Shown here: one piece after another, positions 1-11,959 of the stretch
Layout: each line of letters starts with the position of its first letter
Position numbering within the stretch: position 1 is the stretch's first letter
Assembly (NCBI RefSeq): GCF_001194135.2
Contig: NC_069002.1
Span: forward strand, 34,274,168 to 34,308,580
Length of the DNA stretch: 34,413 nucleotides
Source: Octopus bimaculoides
Lineage: Eukaryota
Reading direction: 5' to 3'
Notes under the pieces: generated by a model
Database searches by the model: none
What the model saw: only the letters and a program-made list of their open reading frames with translations
Told to the model about the DNA's origin: nothing
Program-made: the position numbers and the translations under genes

Positions 1-100
1 TATATACAGATAGATAACTACGGGCATATATATATATATATATATATATATAGCATAGCAGAGAGTTAGAAAGAATGATTACTATCTGTAAATTCTGCAG

Positions 101-238
101 TCAAAGAACTCTTGTAGTGAGTTATTTGGATTTGATGGCTGGCAGAAAGTAAAAGTATTGGGTCAGAAAGAGCAGGAACTGAAATACTGTTATCGATTTT
201 GCATTGATCTGGGAATTCGCTTACGAGATTCTGCAACG
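101..238 (+). CDS. Candidate internal coding exon A of an unidentified gene (SKNSCSELFGFDGWQKVKVLGQKEQELKYCYRFCIDLGIRLRDSAT)
   Basis: Acceptor ...aattctgcag| at 100 and donor |gtaaga at 239. 138 nt, phase 0-0. Only one of the three plus frames is open across it. No homolog recognised. Confidence 0.45.
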
Positions 239-318
239 GTAAGAGACATAATCTATCTGTGAATATAATCTAACGAATGATTCATGTTTGTTTTGTTGTT
301 GATGTCATTTCACTTTAG

Positions 319-415
319 TTTTCGCTACTAATGCACCTGATCACTATATTCAATGACTTTGATAGAAGAGGTGGTCTACCGTATTTATTATCCGGTTTCT
401 GGATCTCTGAATTTG
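319..415 (+). CDS. Candidate coding exon B (FSLLMHLITIFNDFDRRGGLPYLLSGFWISEF)
   Basis: Acceptor gtcatttcactttag| and donor |gtaagg at 416, with an alternative donor at 427. 80-nt intron after exon A. The only open frame is the one that continues exon A. Confidence 0.45.
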
Positions 416-475
416 GTAAGGAGGAAGTAAGGAAGTATTTTCTTATTGCATGCTTTACCTGAATTCTTGCTACAG

Positions 476-531
476 AATGGACTCGGCTTAGCACTATGTC
501 TCTTCAAAGCAATTTCATTCTGTGGTCCTAA
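476..531 (+). CDS. Candidate exon C, possibly terminal (EWTRLSTMSLQSNFILWS*)
   Basis: Acceptor gaattcttgctacag|, 60-nt intron, stop TAA 529-531, AATAAA at 591-596. An alternative frame (NGLGLALCLFKAISFCGPKHPHFFTRSEKHKAF) applies if the 427 donor is used. Confidence 0.35.
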
Positions 532-793
532 ACATCCACACTTTTTCACCCGTTCTGAAAAGCATAAGGCTTTCCGTACATAAGTACAAAAATAAATTGG
601 AAATGTGTACTACATACGATGCATGGACGGCAAAATAAGGTATTCTATGTAACGCTTGTGATACAGAACACGAGCAAATGGCTGATGTGCACAAAGCGAT
701 ATAAATAATACGCAGAAGCTGATACCACTCTCAACTTGTGATGGAGTTCAAGGGACGCTGTAGTAAAATATTGCATTCATCTGATATCTAAAG

Positions 794-853
794 ACGGGTG
801 GATCTCAACCATTTCATCCAGTGGAAACAGGTTATTGGTCCCCAACTGAATGT
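794..853 (+). CDS. Possible further 60-nt exon (TGGSQPFHPVETGYWSPTEC or RVDLNHFIQWKQVIGPQLNV)
   Basis: Perfect donor |gtaagt at 854; moderate acceptor atctaaag|. Frame ambiguous. Confidence 0.2.
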
Positions 854-2462
854 GTAAGTGAATGAGAGTGGAAGAGTGAGAACAGACAGGAGAAATGATT
901 TTAACATTTAGTTAGTACTTATCTATCACAAACCGATTAAAATTGAAGTTGATCATGTTGGGATTTGACATGAAACTGTGCAGAGCAGGTACGAATACCA
1001 AAAAAGCATATGTCTTGCACTGTGGCATATCTAATATTTACCCCGGTACAGGAGAGTATTGTAGTTCGCTTGAAGAATTGTGTATTGTTTGTAAAGAATA
1101 AAAAGTTTTCAATGGTACATCAATGCACTATAATACAAAAAATGGACTATATACATGTTGTAATTTAGTTAGTTCGGAATACAATTCCTTCTTCAGATAT
1201 TCTTTGATGGAGTCGTTGCTATAATCTGTTTTCCAACGGTTTTTCTTTTTTCGGAAGCGTCTCAGCAGTGGTCTCACGAAGTTCCTTCCGGAATTTCTCA
1301 TGAGAAGTGCGTGAGGTCGGCTATGTTTCAATCTCGTTTTGTAAATTCAGTGGGTATCATGTCATGCTGTTGTCGACATTAAAATCTGGTCCCCAGCCTA
1401 AACAGAACTATCTTTCTTTCTTCTCGCTAATATTTCTTTTTATAAATCCACAAACCCAGCCGTTTTAATATAGGTGGATATTCGACTAAATTGATGCCAT
1501 TATCAGGTGGATATTTTGTGCTACTGACTCCAAAATATCTAAATACATAATTAACCTCGCCTGGACATGAGATACTTTACTATTAAGTAATGCTTCGAAT
1601 CATACTATAACATTTTGGGAACAAAGAATGATGGACACAACAGCTCTATTGTTTCAACCTAATAACGTGGACAATACGCAACCCAGAAAACCAGAGAATT
1701 AGTGTTGCTGACTGATTTCAACGATAGATAAAGTATGGCAATACATGTTGGGTTCTTTTGTTATTCAGATAAAACTAATTAATTACATTTATAAAGTTGC
1801 TAACTTGTATAAATCTCGTAATTATTGTATCGTATTTAATTAGGTTTATCACACCTACCTATACCAATAGTTAATCAAGGCAGCTGCTCTAATACCGTGT
1901 CATTATTACAATCAAGCAGATTTAACGGGCTTTTCGATTGATAGGAACAATGAATGAATAACGATATACGCACGATTCAGTTCTCCAGTGGTAAATCCAG
2001 GTCTAAACGAGTGTATAGCATAGGTGAGATAAATAATTTCACGCTAGACACCTGTATATTGGGAATAATCTTGCAATTCGGAGTATGGAACTGATATGTA
2101 CACACACACACACATAGGCACCTCACCAGACACACTCATCACACCCTACACAAGGACATGCTTATATACATACATACATAAACGTATATATATAGATATA
2201 TATAAAAATATATAGTTTTAGGGAAAATAACCAATTTTCAAGAACTCATCGTTGAAAATCCACTATCACATATAGAAAAATTAATAATTAAAAGCACAAT
2301 AAATGAGTATAATATAAAGCAAAGTAAATATCATAAGATAAATATAATAAAAAGATTACACATATATACATAGAAGCATAGATACATGTATACATGTATA
2401 TATATATGTGTGTGTGTGTATATATGTATGTATATAGATATGTATTATGTATGTATTTGTAT

Positions 2463-2657
2463 GTCTGTGTTTGTCCCACCACCATCGATTGGTAACCACG
2501 TTTGGTGTGTTTACGTTTCTGTAACGAGGCGGTTCGACAAAAGAGACGGAAAGAATAAGTACTAAGCTTACAAAGAATAAGTCCTGGTGTCGATTTGTTC
2601 GACTAAAGGCGGTGATCCAGCATGGCCACCGTCAAATGACTGAAACATGTAAAAGAA
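2463..2657 (+). mobile_element. SINE family A, 3' half, following a (TG/TA) microsatellite
   Basis: ggtgtgtttacgt...gcggttcgacaaaagagac...gaataagtac...cagcatggcc...gtcaaatgactgaaac...aaaaga. Homologous to 6770-6942 and to 24320-24420 (reverse strand). Confidence 0.85.
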
Positions 2658-2680
2658 TATATATATATATACACACACAC

Positions 2681-2743
<63 letters not shown>

Positions 2744-3782
2744 TATTGTTTCAACCAGCATTAATAGGCTAAGTGGCGCAATGAAGGCAAAGCATAAAAG
2801 GGGCTGCAAATATACGACCACCATTGAGTGGCACTCCTCACACTTGCAACATCTGGGGGCTTCTTTTGCAAATCGCTTCTGACACTGAACTGTCACATTC
2901 GATATAAGGCGTATGACGGACGAGGAAACCGTAGCTTGTCGCATCATCATACGTCGAAACCGACGAGTGGGTTAATCAAGAATAATTATTGTGCATTTTC
3001 CAGAAATTTAGGAAAAGACGTCACGTCGGTTCTGAAATTGTACAAATGTGAAATTTCTGTAGAATGACTGATATTTCAGTTTATTTCAGATAGTCTTTAA
3101 CATTACAATGAAATATTTTCAGGAAAAAGTATAATGTGTGCTTGGTATTGATATTTAAAATGTTGAGTAGTCAACAAACAAGAATGAAAAGCGTGTAACT
3201 GATAACGTGTGAGAACTTAGAGATCTGTCCCTCCAACGCGTGATAATGTTGCAGTAGGACGCTGCTTATAAGGCGTTTGTATATCCTGACGATTACGTAA
3301 ATCTAGGAGAATACTAACACCCGAATCAAAAGGTAATGATACAGATATTGTGCTGGAAAGTGTAACAATCTGTTCTCATATTTATTGAATCGGTTGTACC
3401 TGACAAAAAGCAAGCGTTGATAAATTTAACGGAGATAAAATGAAAAGAACACATGGGACATTAATCATCGTCTGCTTCCTGTTTTTGTTGCGTTCGACAT
3501 GATTTCAACAACCGCCGCAAATACATTCTGCAATTGCCAAGGAACGAGCTGTAATTTCACACAGAAAAGCTCTCGTGCACTCAATTGAAAATCACTAAAA
3601 ATATCGTCGTTAGGAACAATTACGGATAATTAGATGGAGAGACTATAATTCATTAATAATATTATATATACATATACATACATATATGCATACATATACA
3701 TACATATATGCATACATATACATAGATATATGCATATATATACATAGATATAGTATACATATACATACATACATACATATAT

Positions 3783-4006
3783 NNNNNNNNNNNNNNNNNN
3801 NNNNNNNNNNNNNNNNNNNNNNNNNNNNNNNNNNNNNNNNNNNNNNNNNNNNNNNNNNNNNNNNNNNNNNNNNNNNNNNNNNNNNNNNNNNNNNNNNNNN
3901 NNNNNNNNNNNNNNNNNNNNNNNNNNNNNNNNNNNNNNNNNNNNNNNNNNNNNNNNNNNNNNNNNNNNNNNNNNNNNNNNNNNNNNNNNNNNNNNNNNNN
4001 NNNNNN

Positions 4007-4007
<1 letters not shown>
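3783..4007. other. Assembly gap (N) flanked by TA/TACA microsatellites
   Basis: N run. Confidence 0.99.
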
Positions 4008-4049
<42 letters not shown>

Positions 4050-4645
4050 GTGTGTGTGGTATATGTTTAAAAAATGAAACTCACTGAATTAAAGAAAATG
4101 TCAGAATAATGTGAGAGACCGAAGACAATGGAAAAATAAAACATTATTGAAGATCTATAAATTGCAAATGATAACCAATGCTTTTGTAGTTGTATAGATG
4201 TTTCAAGAAGATAAATTTGATGCTTTTTATGATTTTTTAATTAACTTTTCTCATTGCGCAGGTAACTTATAATTATCTGCCATGAGTTTGATATCATTAG
4301 GACTGTTTTACACATTTCTAAAGTTTCGACAATGTTCGTAGACTTTTCTGGGTTCCAGTTCTTGATGAATATTTGTTTGAGAAATGCAGAAATTAAATGA
4401 TTGTTCGAATACGATATCGGGATCAAATCAAGTCAATTCTTTTCTTAGGCGCTTTTGGTGCTGGTATACTTGAATTATTTATTTAGTCATTCTTTTAAAT
4501 TAAATTCTTCACTCTCTTACAACATCGACCATCATTTTACATTCTTTAGATTTTTACCAGTACTCCCCAGTCTTGCAATTTTGGCCATTTCTTGATGATT
4601 TTGCTATTGTCACAAGTCCATTATTGAATTTATACTGGCATGCAT

Positions 4646-4689
<44 letters not shown>

Positions 4690-4691
4690 CA

Positions 4692-4798
4692 CTGTCGCTT
4701 TTTGTAAACAAACTTTCCATGTGCATTTTCTGCAATTATTTGGTATACGGTGCCGACATTTGCAATTTTTTAAATAATATTCTATAAGCTTAAAGACC
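4692..4798. repeat. Dispersed ~110-bp repeat, copy 1 (unclassified, probably from a non-autonomous DNA transposon)
   Basis: aaacaaactttccatgtgcattttctgcaattatttggtatacggtgccga aligns with aaacaaacgtcccatgtgcgttttcagcaaatatttggtaagcggtgccga at 7657-7707. Confidence 0.75.
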
Positions 4799-5519
4799 AT
4801 AAGCAATCACCGAGCATTGACAACGGTAAATACGCCAATACTGGCTTATATTTAAGTGCTTCATTTGTAAAGGTCGTTCTGATGTTACCCATCCTTTTAT
4901 CATCTTAGAGATATAGGTGGACTTACGAAGCTCATTCAGATTTCACCATTTGCTTTTTGGGGGTCTTTTGCACCAGAAAGATTTCTGCTCAGTCACCGGA
5001 TATTCTAGCTGGAGCCAGAAGAAATGTATTGCACAGTTACCCGTTTCAATTTTACAAAAGACTGGACGGCATTATCTCTAACTGGATAGTGCAATTCGGT
5101 GATGGAATACTGACTGCCATTAGTCGTAGATATTTTTCAATATAGCTAAGGTTGAAATATTCTTAAATAACTAACAATTTTGTGTCATAGTATGCTCTGC
5201 TGTTGTACTGGACTCCCAGGATCAGTGTATCGAGCAATCACATATCCATTGCAAGATCAATGCGTGATTAGTCAGCACTACAATTGAATTGGCTGAAACT
5301 GTACTCAAACTATATGACATCATTGCGCAAGACGGTGGGGTCTCGAGATTTCCTATTTTAAACAACTGGGGAATTTAGAAGTCGTTATTCTTACGGATCT
5401 AGAACAACAGTGATCGTTGAATACCGTTTGATAACATCAAATATTTCTGATCCAAGATATGTTCACAATAGACGAGAGTAGAAGAAATATTTTTTTCTTT
5501 TAATACTGATTCAATTATT

Positions 5520-6100
5520 TATTTTATCGATTGCTCTATTTATTTTATCTATCATAGTATCTCTATCATCAACATTGTTATTTATTACATTTATCATTAT
5601 AATTTATTGATCACAATTCATTTCTGCTTTCATTTCTTTCATTGACATATCTATATTTTATTAATCCCATAACCGATCACGTGATTCGTCTTATCAATCA
5701 CCATATGTATTTTATCGACATTAATCCTTATTTTATTGATCAGGGATATATTATATTGATCCTACTACGTATTTTATAAATCACGGTATTTCGTTTATCA
5801 ATCGCATCATTTCGTTTATCGAAACTTCTATTTTTAATTTATTGACATTCAAATTTAGTTTATCGATCCAGTTAGTTATTTTATCGATCACTGCATTAAC
5901 TTTATCGATCTAGGTATTTGTTTTATCAATCACAGCACTCATTTTATCGATGATATTGATTTTATCAAAGCTGCTATTAATTTTATCGATCTCAGTATTT
6001 ATTTTATTGATCCTATTATTTATTTTATCGATTAAGTTATTATTTATATGATTCCTGTTATGTACTGTACTAATACCCATATTTATTTTATTTATCACTT
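5520..6100 (-). repeat. Degenerate 21-nt periodic repeat encoding (I-D/N-K-I-N-x-x)n heptads on the minus strand
   Basis: Core tttatYRat at 5859, 5880, 5901, 5922, 5943, 5961, 5982, 6003, 6024 (spacing 21, once 18). More degenerate cores at 5523/5544, 5711/5732, 5773/5794/5815 and 5838. Confidence 0.85.
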
Positions 6101-6655
6101 GGTAGAATTTGAAACAGAAATATGGACGTTTGCAGGTATATTCTACATCCTATTTACTCCATCAGCTGCTCTGCCGATTCTACTATAAACCACTCCACAT
6201 ATTTCCTCATCGACACACCGATTGCTCAGTCTGTTTCCCTATAAGGAATTTTCTACCTCTCTTCTTTATCTTCATCGCCACCTCTAATTTTCTATCGCTT
6301 TATACGTTTCCTATTATAAACCGTCCATATGATGAATATTTCATATTAGAAGAAATATATTAAATTGTAGCATCGTATTAATTCATTTTAATATGAGTTA
6401 TGAATTTTATTCTTTGTTTTTTTTTTTTTTTATAAATATGTGAATTTGAGAATAATTGTTGTTTGACGTTTCAAGCATAGATGTGTTTCTGAGATGAATC
6501 GAGAGAAATAAAATCCGATGTTTGTTCATATTGAGAAATATATTGACGCATTGTGAATAGTGGCTTCACAAAACTAATGTGGGGAGCACATATTCTAATT
6601 ACACACATTTTTAGCGAGAACTAATTTGTTGATTGCAGAATCACAAAAAATAATA

Positions 6656-6942
6656 GGCGCAGGCGTGGATCTGTGGTAAGAAGCTTGCTTCCCAAACCCA
6701 TGGTTCCGGGGTTCAGTACACAAACAAATACATACACATATATATATTTGTGTGTGCGCCTTTGTGCCTGTGTTTTTCCCACAGCCATCGCTTGACAACC
6801 GGTGTTGGTGTGTTTATGTTTCTGTTACTTAGCGGTTCAGCAAAAGGATTTGAAAGAATAGGTGCTAGGCTTAGAAAGAATAGGTTATGGAGCCGATTTC
6901 TTCATGGCCGCAGTCAAATTACTGAAACAAGTGCAAGAATTA
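6656..6942 (+). mobile_element. SINE family A (tRNA head, internal microsatellite, 3' body), internally deleted
   Basis: ggcgcaggcgtggatctgtggtaagaagcttgcttccc...ggttccggggttcag head (A/B-box-like), matching 20723. The 3' body matches 2463-2657. Confidence 0.85.
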
Positions 6943-7094
6943 AAAAAATAAATATGAAGCAAGATGTGGAACAGTAGAGCAAAGGTAACAGCCTAACCCT
7001 TAACCTAACCCTAAACACTTTTATAGTTGTCGTAGTTATGAATCTTTTCATTTTTGTTGTAGAATTTCAAACAAGCTCGATATAAATTGCGTCA

Positions 7095-7350
7095 AGTGAT
7101 GGCACCAAGACTAGAGGTTAGGATTTTGCACTCATGAATGTAAGATCAAGGTTTCGATTTCCTGACCGAGCAGCGTGATATTTTCTTGAACAAAATCTTT
7201 GATTTCACCTTCTCGAATCTGTTTGGTTGCAAATACGTGGAAATGAATACTACATCCTGTTCGGGGGTATAGGTGAGTATCTTAATCTCAATCATATGCC
7301 AGAAAAACCGGGTTAAGCTCCGTAATTGTGCGCCACAGGTTTCATGAGAG
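7095..7350 (+). mobile_element. SINE family C, degenerate copy
   Basis: ggttaggattttgcactcatgaatgtaagatcaaggtttcgatttcctgaccgagc aligns with gttagggtgttggactcatgatcgtaagattatagtttcgattcctgatccgggc at 14214-14268. Confidence 0.7.
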
Positions 7351-7509
7351 ACAGTTTTAAGCCTGGAATGACATATGTATTGTTTCAATTAATATTTAAT
7401 TAAATCAAGTTTAGAAAGCAATATATATAATCCACTGTCTCTTTTGTATGGATGGCATTCCAGGATATAATAATAATCATATTTACGAGGCATAAGACTT
7501 GTTACCACC

Positions 7510-7768
7510 TTAAGGGGGTTTTGGCGAAGGGACCGGCCCTACAGGTCATTTCTGAAAAACTTTGAACTTATGCTGCTAAGCACTTTTGCTGAGCCGTTAA
7601 GAAAAAAAGCGACACCAGTTGACAAGCAGAGATGCAGGACATAGTGTTGCTTTTGGAAACAAACGTCCCATGTGCGTTTTCAGCAAATATTTGGTAAGCG
7701 GTGCCGAATTTTACAATTTCGAAATAAAAATAATAATAATAATTATAATATTTTATAAGCTGAAAACC
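7510..7768. mobile_element. Dispersed repeat copy 2, beginning ttaaggggg; possible TTAA-target non-autonomous DNA transposon
   Basis: 7645-7768 is similar to 4692-4798. The TTAA+GGGGG start resembles Kolobok-type termini (inference). Confidence 0.45.
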
Positions 7769-7809
7769 CATAGGCAAATACCGTGCATTGACTAAGTTAA
7801 ATGCGCTAA

Positions 7810-7885
7810 TATTGGGGCATATACGCCCTCGATGGAACAAAGTAGGGTTTGGAGTACGCATGGGATTCGAACCCACATCTCTATG
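7810..7885 (-). mobile_element. tRNA-derived SINE head fragment
   Basis: Reverse complement contains the B-box GGGTTCGAATCCC; no full cloverleaf. Confidence 0.5.
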
Positions 7886-7896
7886 CATTCGTGACA

Positions 7897-8110
7897 ATAC
7901 ACACACACACACACACACACGCATATATATATATATATATATATAAACGTTGGGTTACTTTTCATAATCCACCTACCAAAATTCACTAACAAGATTTGAT
8001 AGGTCTGGGGCTATGCTAGTGATCGATCGCCCAGTGTACCACACAGCTGGGCTGAACTCAGAACCACGTGGTTATAAAGTGTGTTTCTTAACCACACGGC
8101 TACAACTGCG
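7897..8110 (-). mobile_element. SINE family A, 5' half, with its (TA)(TG) microsatellite
   Basis: Reverse complement cgcagttgtagccgtgtggttaagaaac...accacgtggttctgagttcagccca matches the head at 20723. Confidence 0.75.
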
Positions 8111-8854
8111 TAGATACCGATACAATACTTACTAGGTTTTAATAAAAAATAAATACTGTCGCTGATTCGTTGAATTGGAATTCTTCAAGGTGGTGCTTCT
8201 TCAGGTTCACAGCATGAAACGAGTAAAATATACTTTGATTTCAATTCATGCAAACCATTCGATATGAATTGAGGAGCATTTGCTTGTTATTTCTGGTATG
8301 TTCAAATTCGTGATGAATTGAGACGTCGTTGAGATTTTCGTTTTCAAAAAATGATTAGTTGAACATTAATGAATTGTTAGCTGCTAGGTCTAGCATGTTG
8401 GAAGATCATTTTTGAACTCACTAGTTGGCTCGGAAATCAGCGATATCTGTATGTGCAGAGGAATAGACGTGGCAGTAGTTTGTATAAATAGAAACGAGGT
8501 ATAGGTAAAGAGCAGTGGTGGTGAAAATAGTTGTGGAGGTAGTGGAGATGGAGGTGAATGTTACGGTGGCAGTGATGAAGGTATGGCTAGAAACGCTAAT
8601 CATTCGGTCAAACACTAAAATACATAAAGCAAAAACAAGGAAAGGAAGAAAAGACAAAATGAAATTTAAATAAAACCAACACACACAACATACCTCAAAG
8701 AAGCTGAAAGTAAATAAACGAAAGAATTACAAATGAATATAACGTAAATATATTCTCACCATTTGCCACCTTCCACCTAACGCCATCTTCATTCCCTTAA
8801 CCCAGTGAAAAAAAAGGGAAATATTTCATGGTTTCATAATACACACACATACAC

Positions 8855-8900
<46 letters not shown>

Positions 8901-8949
8901 CACACACACTTTAGAAAACCATGAAATAGTTTTCTCCCATACATACATA

Positions 8950-9208
8950 NNNNNNNNNNNNNNNNNNNNNNNNNNNNNNNNNNNNNNNNNNNNNNNNNNN
9001 NNNNNNNNNNNNNNNNNNNNNNNNNNNNNNNNNNNNNNNNNNNNNNNNNNNNNNNNNNNNNNNNNNNNNNNNNNNNNNNNNNNNNNNNNNNNNNNNNNNN
9101 NNNNNNNNNNNNNNNNNNNNNNNNNNNNNNNNNNNNNNNNNNNNNNNNNNNNNNNNNNNNNNNNNNNNNNNNNNNNNNNNNNNNNNNNNNNNNNNNNNNN
9201 NNNNNNNN
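8950..9208. other. Assembly gap (N)
   Basis: N run flanked by TA-type repeats. Confidence 0.99.
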
Positions 9209-9263
<55 letters not shown>

Positions 9264-10934
9264 GTTGTGTTTGTATATTGAGAGTGTTTTGTATTATTAT
9301 TACTATTATAGTTGTCATTATTTGTATTATTACTTTCTCTGAAGATTCGTTTCTATGAATAAATATTAATGGTTTTGTCAATTACGGCAATAAATATTAG
9401 AAAGATGTGATAAGAAATAGAAAGAGGCGGGGGAAAAATATACAGCAATACGAATAATAAAAATCCAATCTTTGCAATTTTATGGACATTTCACTGAATA
9501 TGGAATAAATGTTTCTTTTTTTTTCGTTATGAATATTTTTTCTCCATTTATTTTTGATTCCTCTAACTAGTTTTCCCGTTTCCTCTTTTGTATTTTTGGA
9601 TATTTTCTACAATTCTACAGTATTCTTTACACTTGATTACATACAATAGAATCGGCATTTGGTAGAATAATGAAGAGGTGGAGTGAAGTGGTATCCGTGA
9701 ATGGTGTGTGTGTGTGTATGGGTATCTATAAATGTATATGAGTGTATGTATGTAGGTGTATATATATATATATATATATATATGCGTGTTATTACTTTTG
9801 AGCGTTTTTGCTTGTATGACTGAATGTCTGAATGCAGACACACAAGTGTGTTTGTGTTAGTTTCTGTTCACGTGTGTTTTTGTGTATGTGTGCGTGTATA
9901 TATATATATATATATATATATGATCTGAATGTGTACGTTCGTAGGCATGTTTTCATTGTCGCTCTCTCTCTCTCTCTCTCATATATATACACATATGCAT
10001 ACATACATGCACTTATATATATATATATATATATTATTCATGTATAATTATCTATCAGTCTTTCTCTATCTATCTGTATGTGTGTGTGTGTGTGTATATA
10101 TATATATGTATGAGTAGATAGATAGACTGAGAGATAGGTATGCCTGTTTGTCTGAGTGTGTGTATAATAAATTTATTGTAAGACATCATGTGCATCTTAT
10201 TTCCGATGTTCTCTGACATATTTGCATATCTGTCTCTCAGCGGTTTTTAATTTGTACTTGAAAATTCGTACCAAACAAGTATATGTGAAAGCATGTTTAT
10301 ATACTTGGGTGCATTTATCCGTTTATATGTGTGTTTTTGCGTTCGTTTCTATTGCGTATGTGCTCATATATTTTGCTATATGAAGCAAGGCCTTATTCAA
10401 ATATATTTATGTATCCAGGTCCGTATATTTATATATAAATTTAGACACACTCTGATGTGAACTGAAAACGTATGCAAGGACACTAATTTTGCCCTAAGCA
10501 TTCCTCTGTCTTCAAACTAAAGTACTAATTTTAGGTGTTATAGCGACAGAACTATAAAAATGTAAGTGGGGATGCCATACGGTGTCGGGCCACGATATAA
10601 ATTATTTGAATGGCAGAGATAATCCAACGACGTCTATTTCTCTTCTAATGATTTAAGTCAAATCTATTATTAGGGTCCCTCTTCACCTCCGCTAATACAA
10701 GATTTGCCAAAGCCCTCGTCAAGAATCATCTTTTGCAAGAGATTAAATGCTGAAAGCAGAGGTATTATTCGCACATGCCTTTTTAGAGTACCTATCGGTG
10801 TATTTCAGTGTTATTTTGTATATACACACAAAAATATATATACATGCATATATTCAAACATACATATACACACATATATAGATATGCATGTATGTATATG
10901 TTTATATGTATATATATGTACATGTTTATATGTG

Positions 10935-10984
<50 letters not shown>

Positions 10985-10988
10985 TACA

Positions 10989-11375
10989 CAGGGTGCGGTG
11001 AATATATTGCCTAAATCACGAAAGACCAAAATAAGAAGGGAGTTGCAGGGTGGGCAGTTAGGTGACCAAATATTAGGGATGATGCGGTCGCAGAAATTAT
11101 TTGACGGTCATGAATGAGTGCTGCTGCTTCTGTGGCATGGTGCAGAATCTTGTTGCTAGACATAGCGTTTTGCAGTAGCTGCCCTCTTGAGAGCAGCATT
11201 GCCTCTTCCAAGCACTTGATGTAGGCCTCCGTGTGAGTATGAGACCGTGTGGGAATATGAATGGAGGTATAACGTCACCATGATGTTGACTCGTTCCTTG
11301 ATTTCTATCGCTCTCGGTACATGTATTGGGGACACGGCAAGCCAAGGGTTATTCTCTGTGTTTATCATCTGTTCG
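10989..11375 (-). mobile_element. Tc1/mariner (maT/DD37D-like) transposase relic, internally deleted, with terminal CAGGGTG end
   Basis: Minus frames give PIHVPRAIEIK, HGDVIPPFIFPHGL, KRYV*QQDSAPCHR and NFCDRIIPNIWSPNCPPCNSL. These match the maT-type motifs DGDVMPPFIFPHGL, PYVWQQDSAPCH and WPPNSPDCNPLD. Ends in caccctg(t)g. Confidence 0.85.
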
Positions 11376-11925
11376 AATTCGAGCTTCCGGTGAGAATGCC
11401 AATCAGTACAGCATGTCGTTTACAAATTTGTGGCACAGTGAATTGCGTTAACGTGATTTTTTTTCTCTCACAGACGATACTCTGTAGTCGACAAAATCAA
11501 AATCAAACAATACGCATAACATTCGAAATTAAATCATTTAATGTATTGGTCAACTGAAAACAAAAAGAAGCTCAGTTTCTGAACTGTGCTACTGTGAATA
11601 TGTAGAGCCTGAACATTGATAAAATGAGCATGGAGAGTAAAAACGTATTGCTTAATTACAACTTTAATACCCAGAACATTATATCTATCAATGTTGCGTT
11701 AATTTAGTTGCGATTTTGTAGAAATAAAAGCAGACTGATGTTTTTTGCCATTTTGCTTTTCTTCCAGTTGGAAATCATCTCTCATGCACATCTTGCGTTG
11801 GTTTTATTTATTTATTTTTAATCTAAATCGCACATGGCCTCAATTTATGGACACTAACCCCCAAAACATAATATATCAATGTATCTATGCATTTGTCTGT
11901 CTATCCATCTCTATCTTTCTATGTA

Positions 11926-11959
<34 letters not shown>

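Noticed and set aside
1128-1331. 67-aa minus-strand ORF
   Set aside because: No homology recognised and no supporting splice chain; the length is within chance expectation.
4700-5460. Possible continuation of the heptad ORF on the minus strand
   Set aside because: My hand translation gave about 17 stops in ~260 codons, about the random rate for AT-rich DNA, with no recognisable motif.
6992-7016. Telomere-like cctaacccttaacctaaccctaa
   Set aside because: Only about three imperfect units; insufficient for an interstitial telomere or Helentron call.
7063-7116. Exon candidate NFKQARYKLRQVMAPRLE with a strong acceptor
   Set aside because: Its 3' half and donor lie within a family C SINE head.
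7810-7885. tRNA gene
   Set aside because: B-box only, with no cloverleaf; SINE-derived. The same applies to 23815-23937 and 14195-14270.
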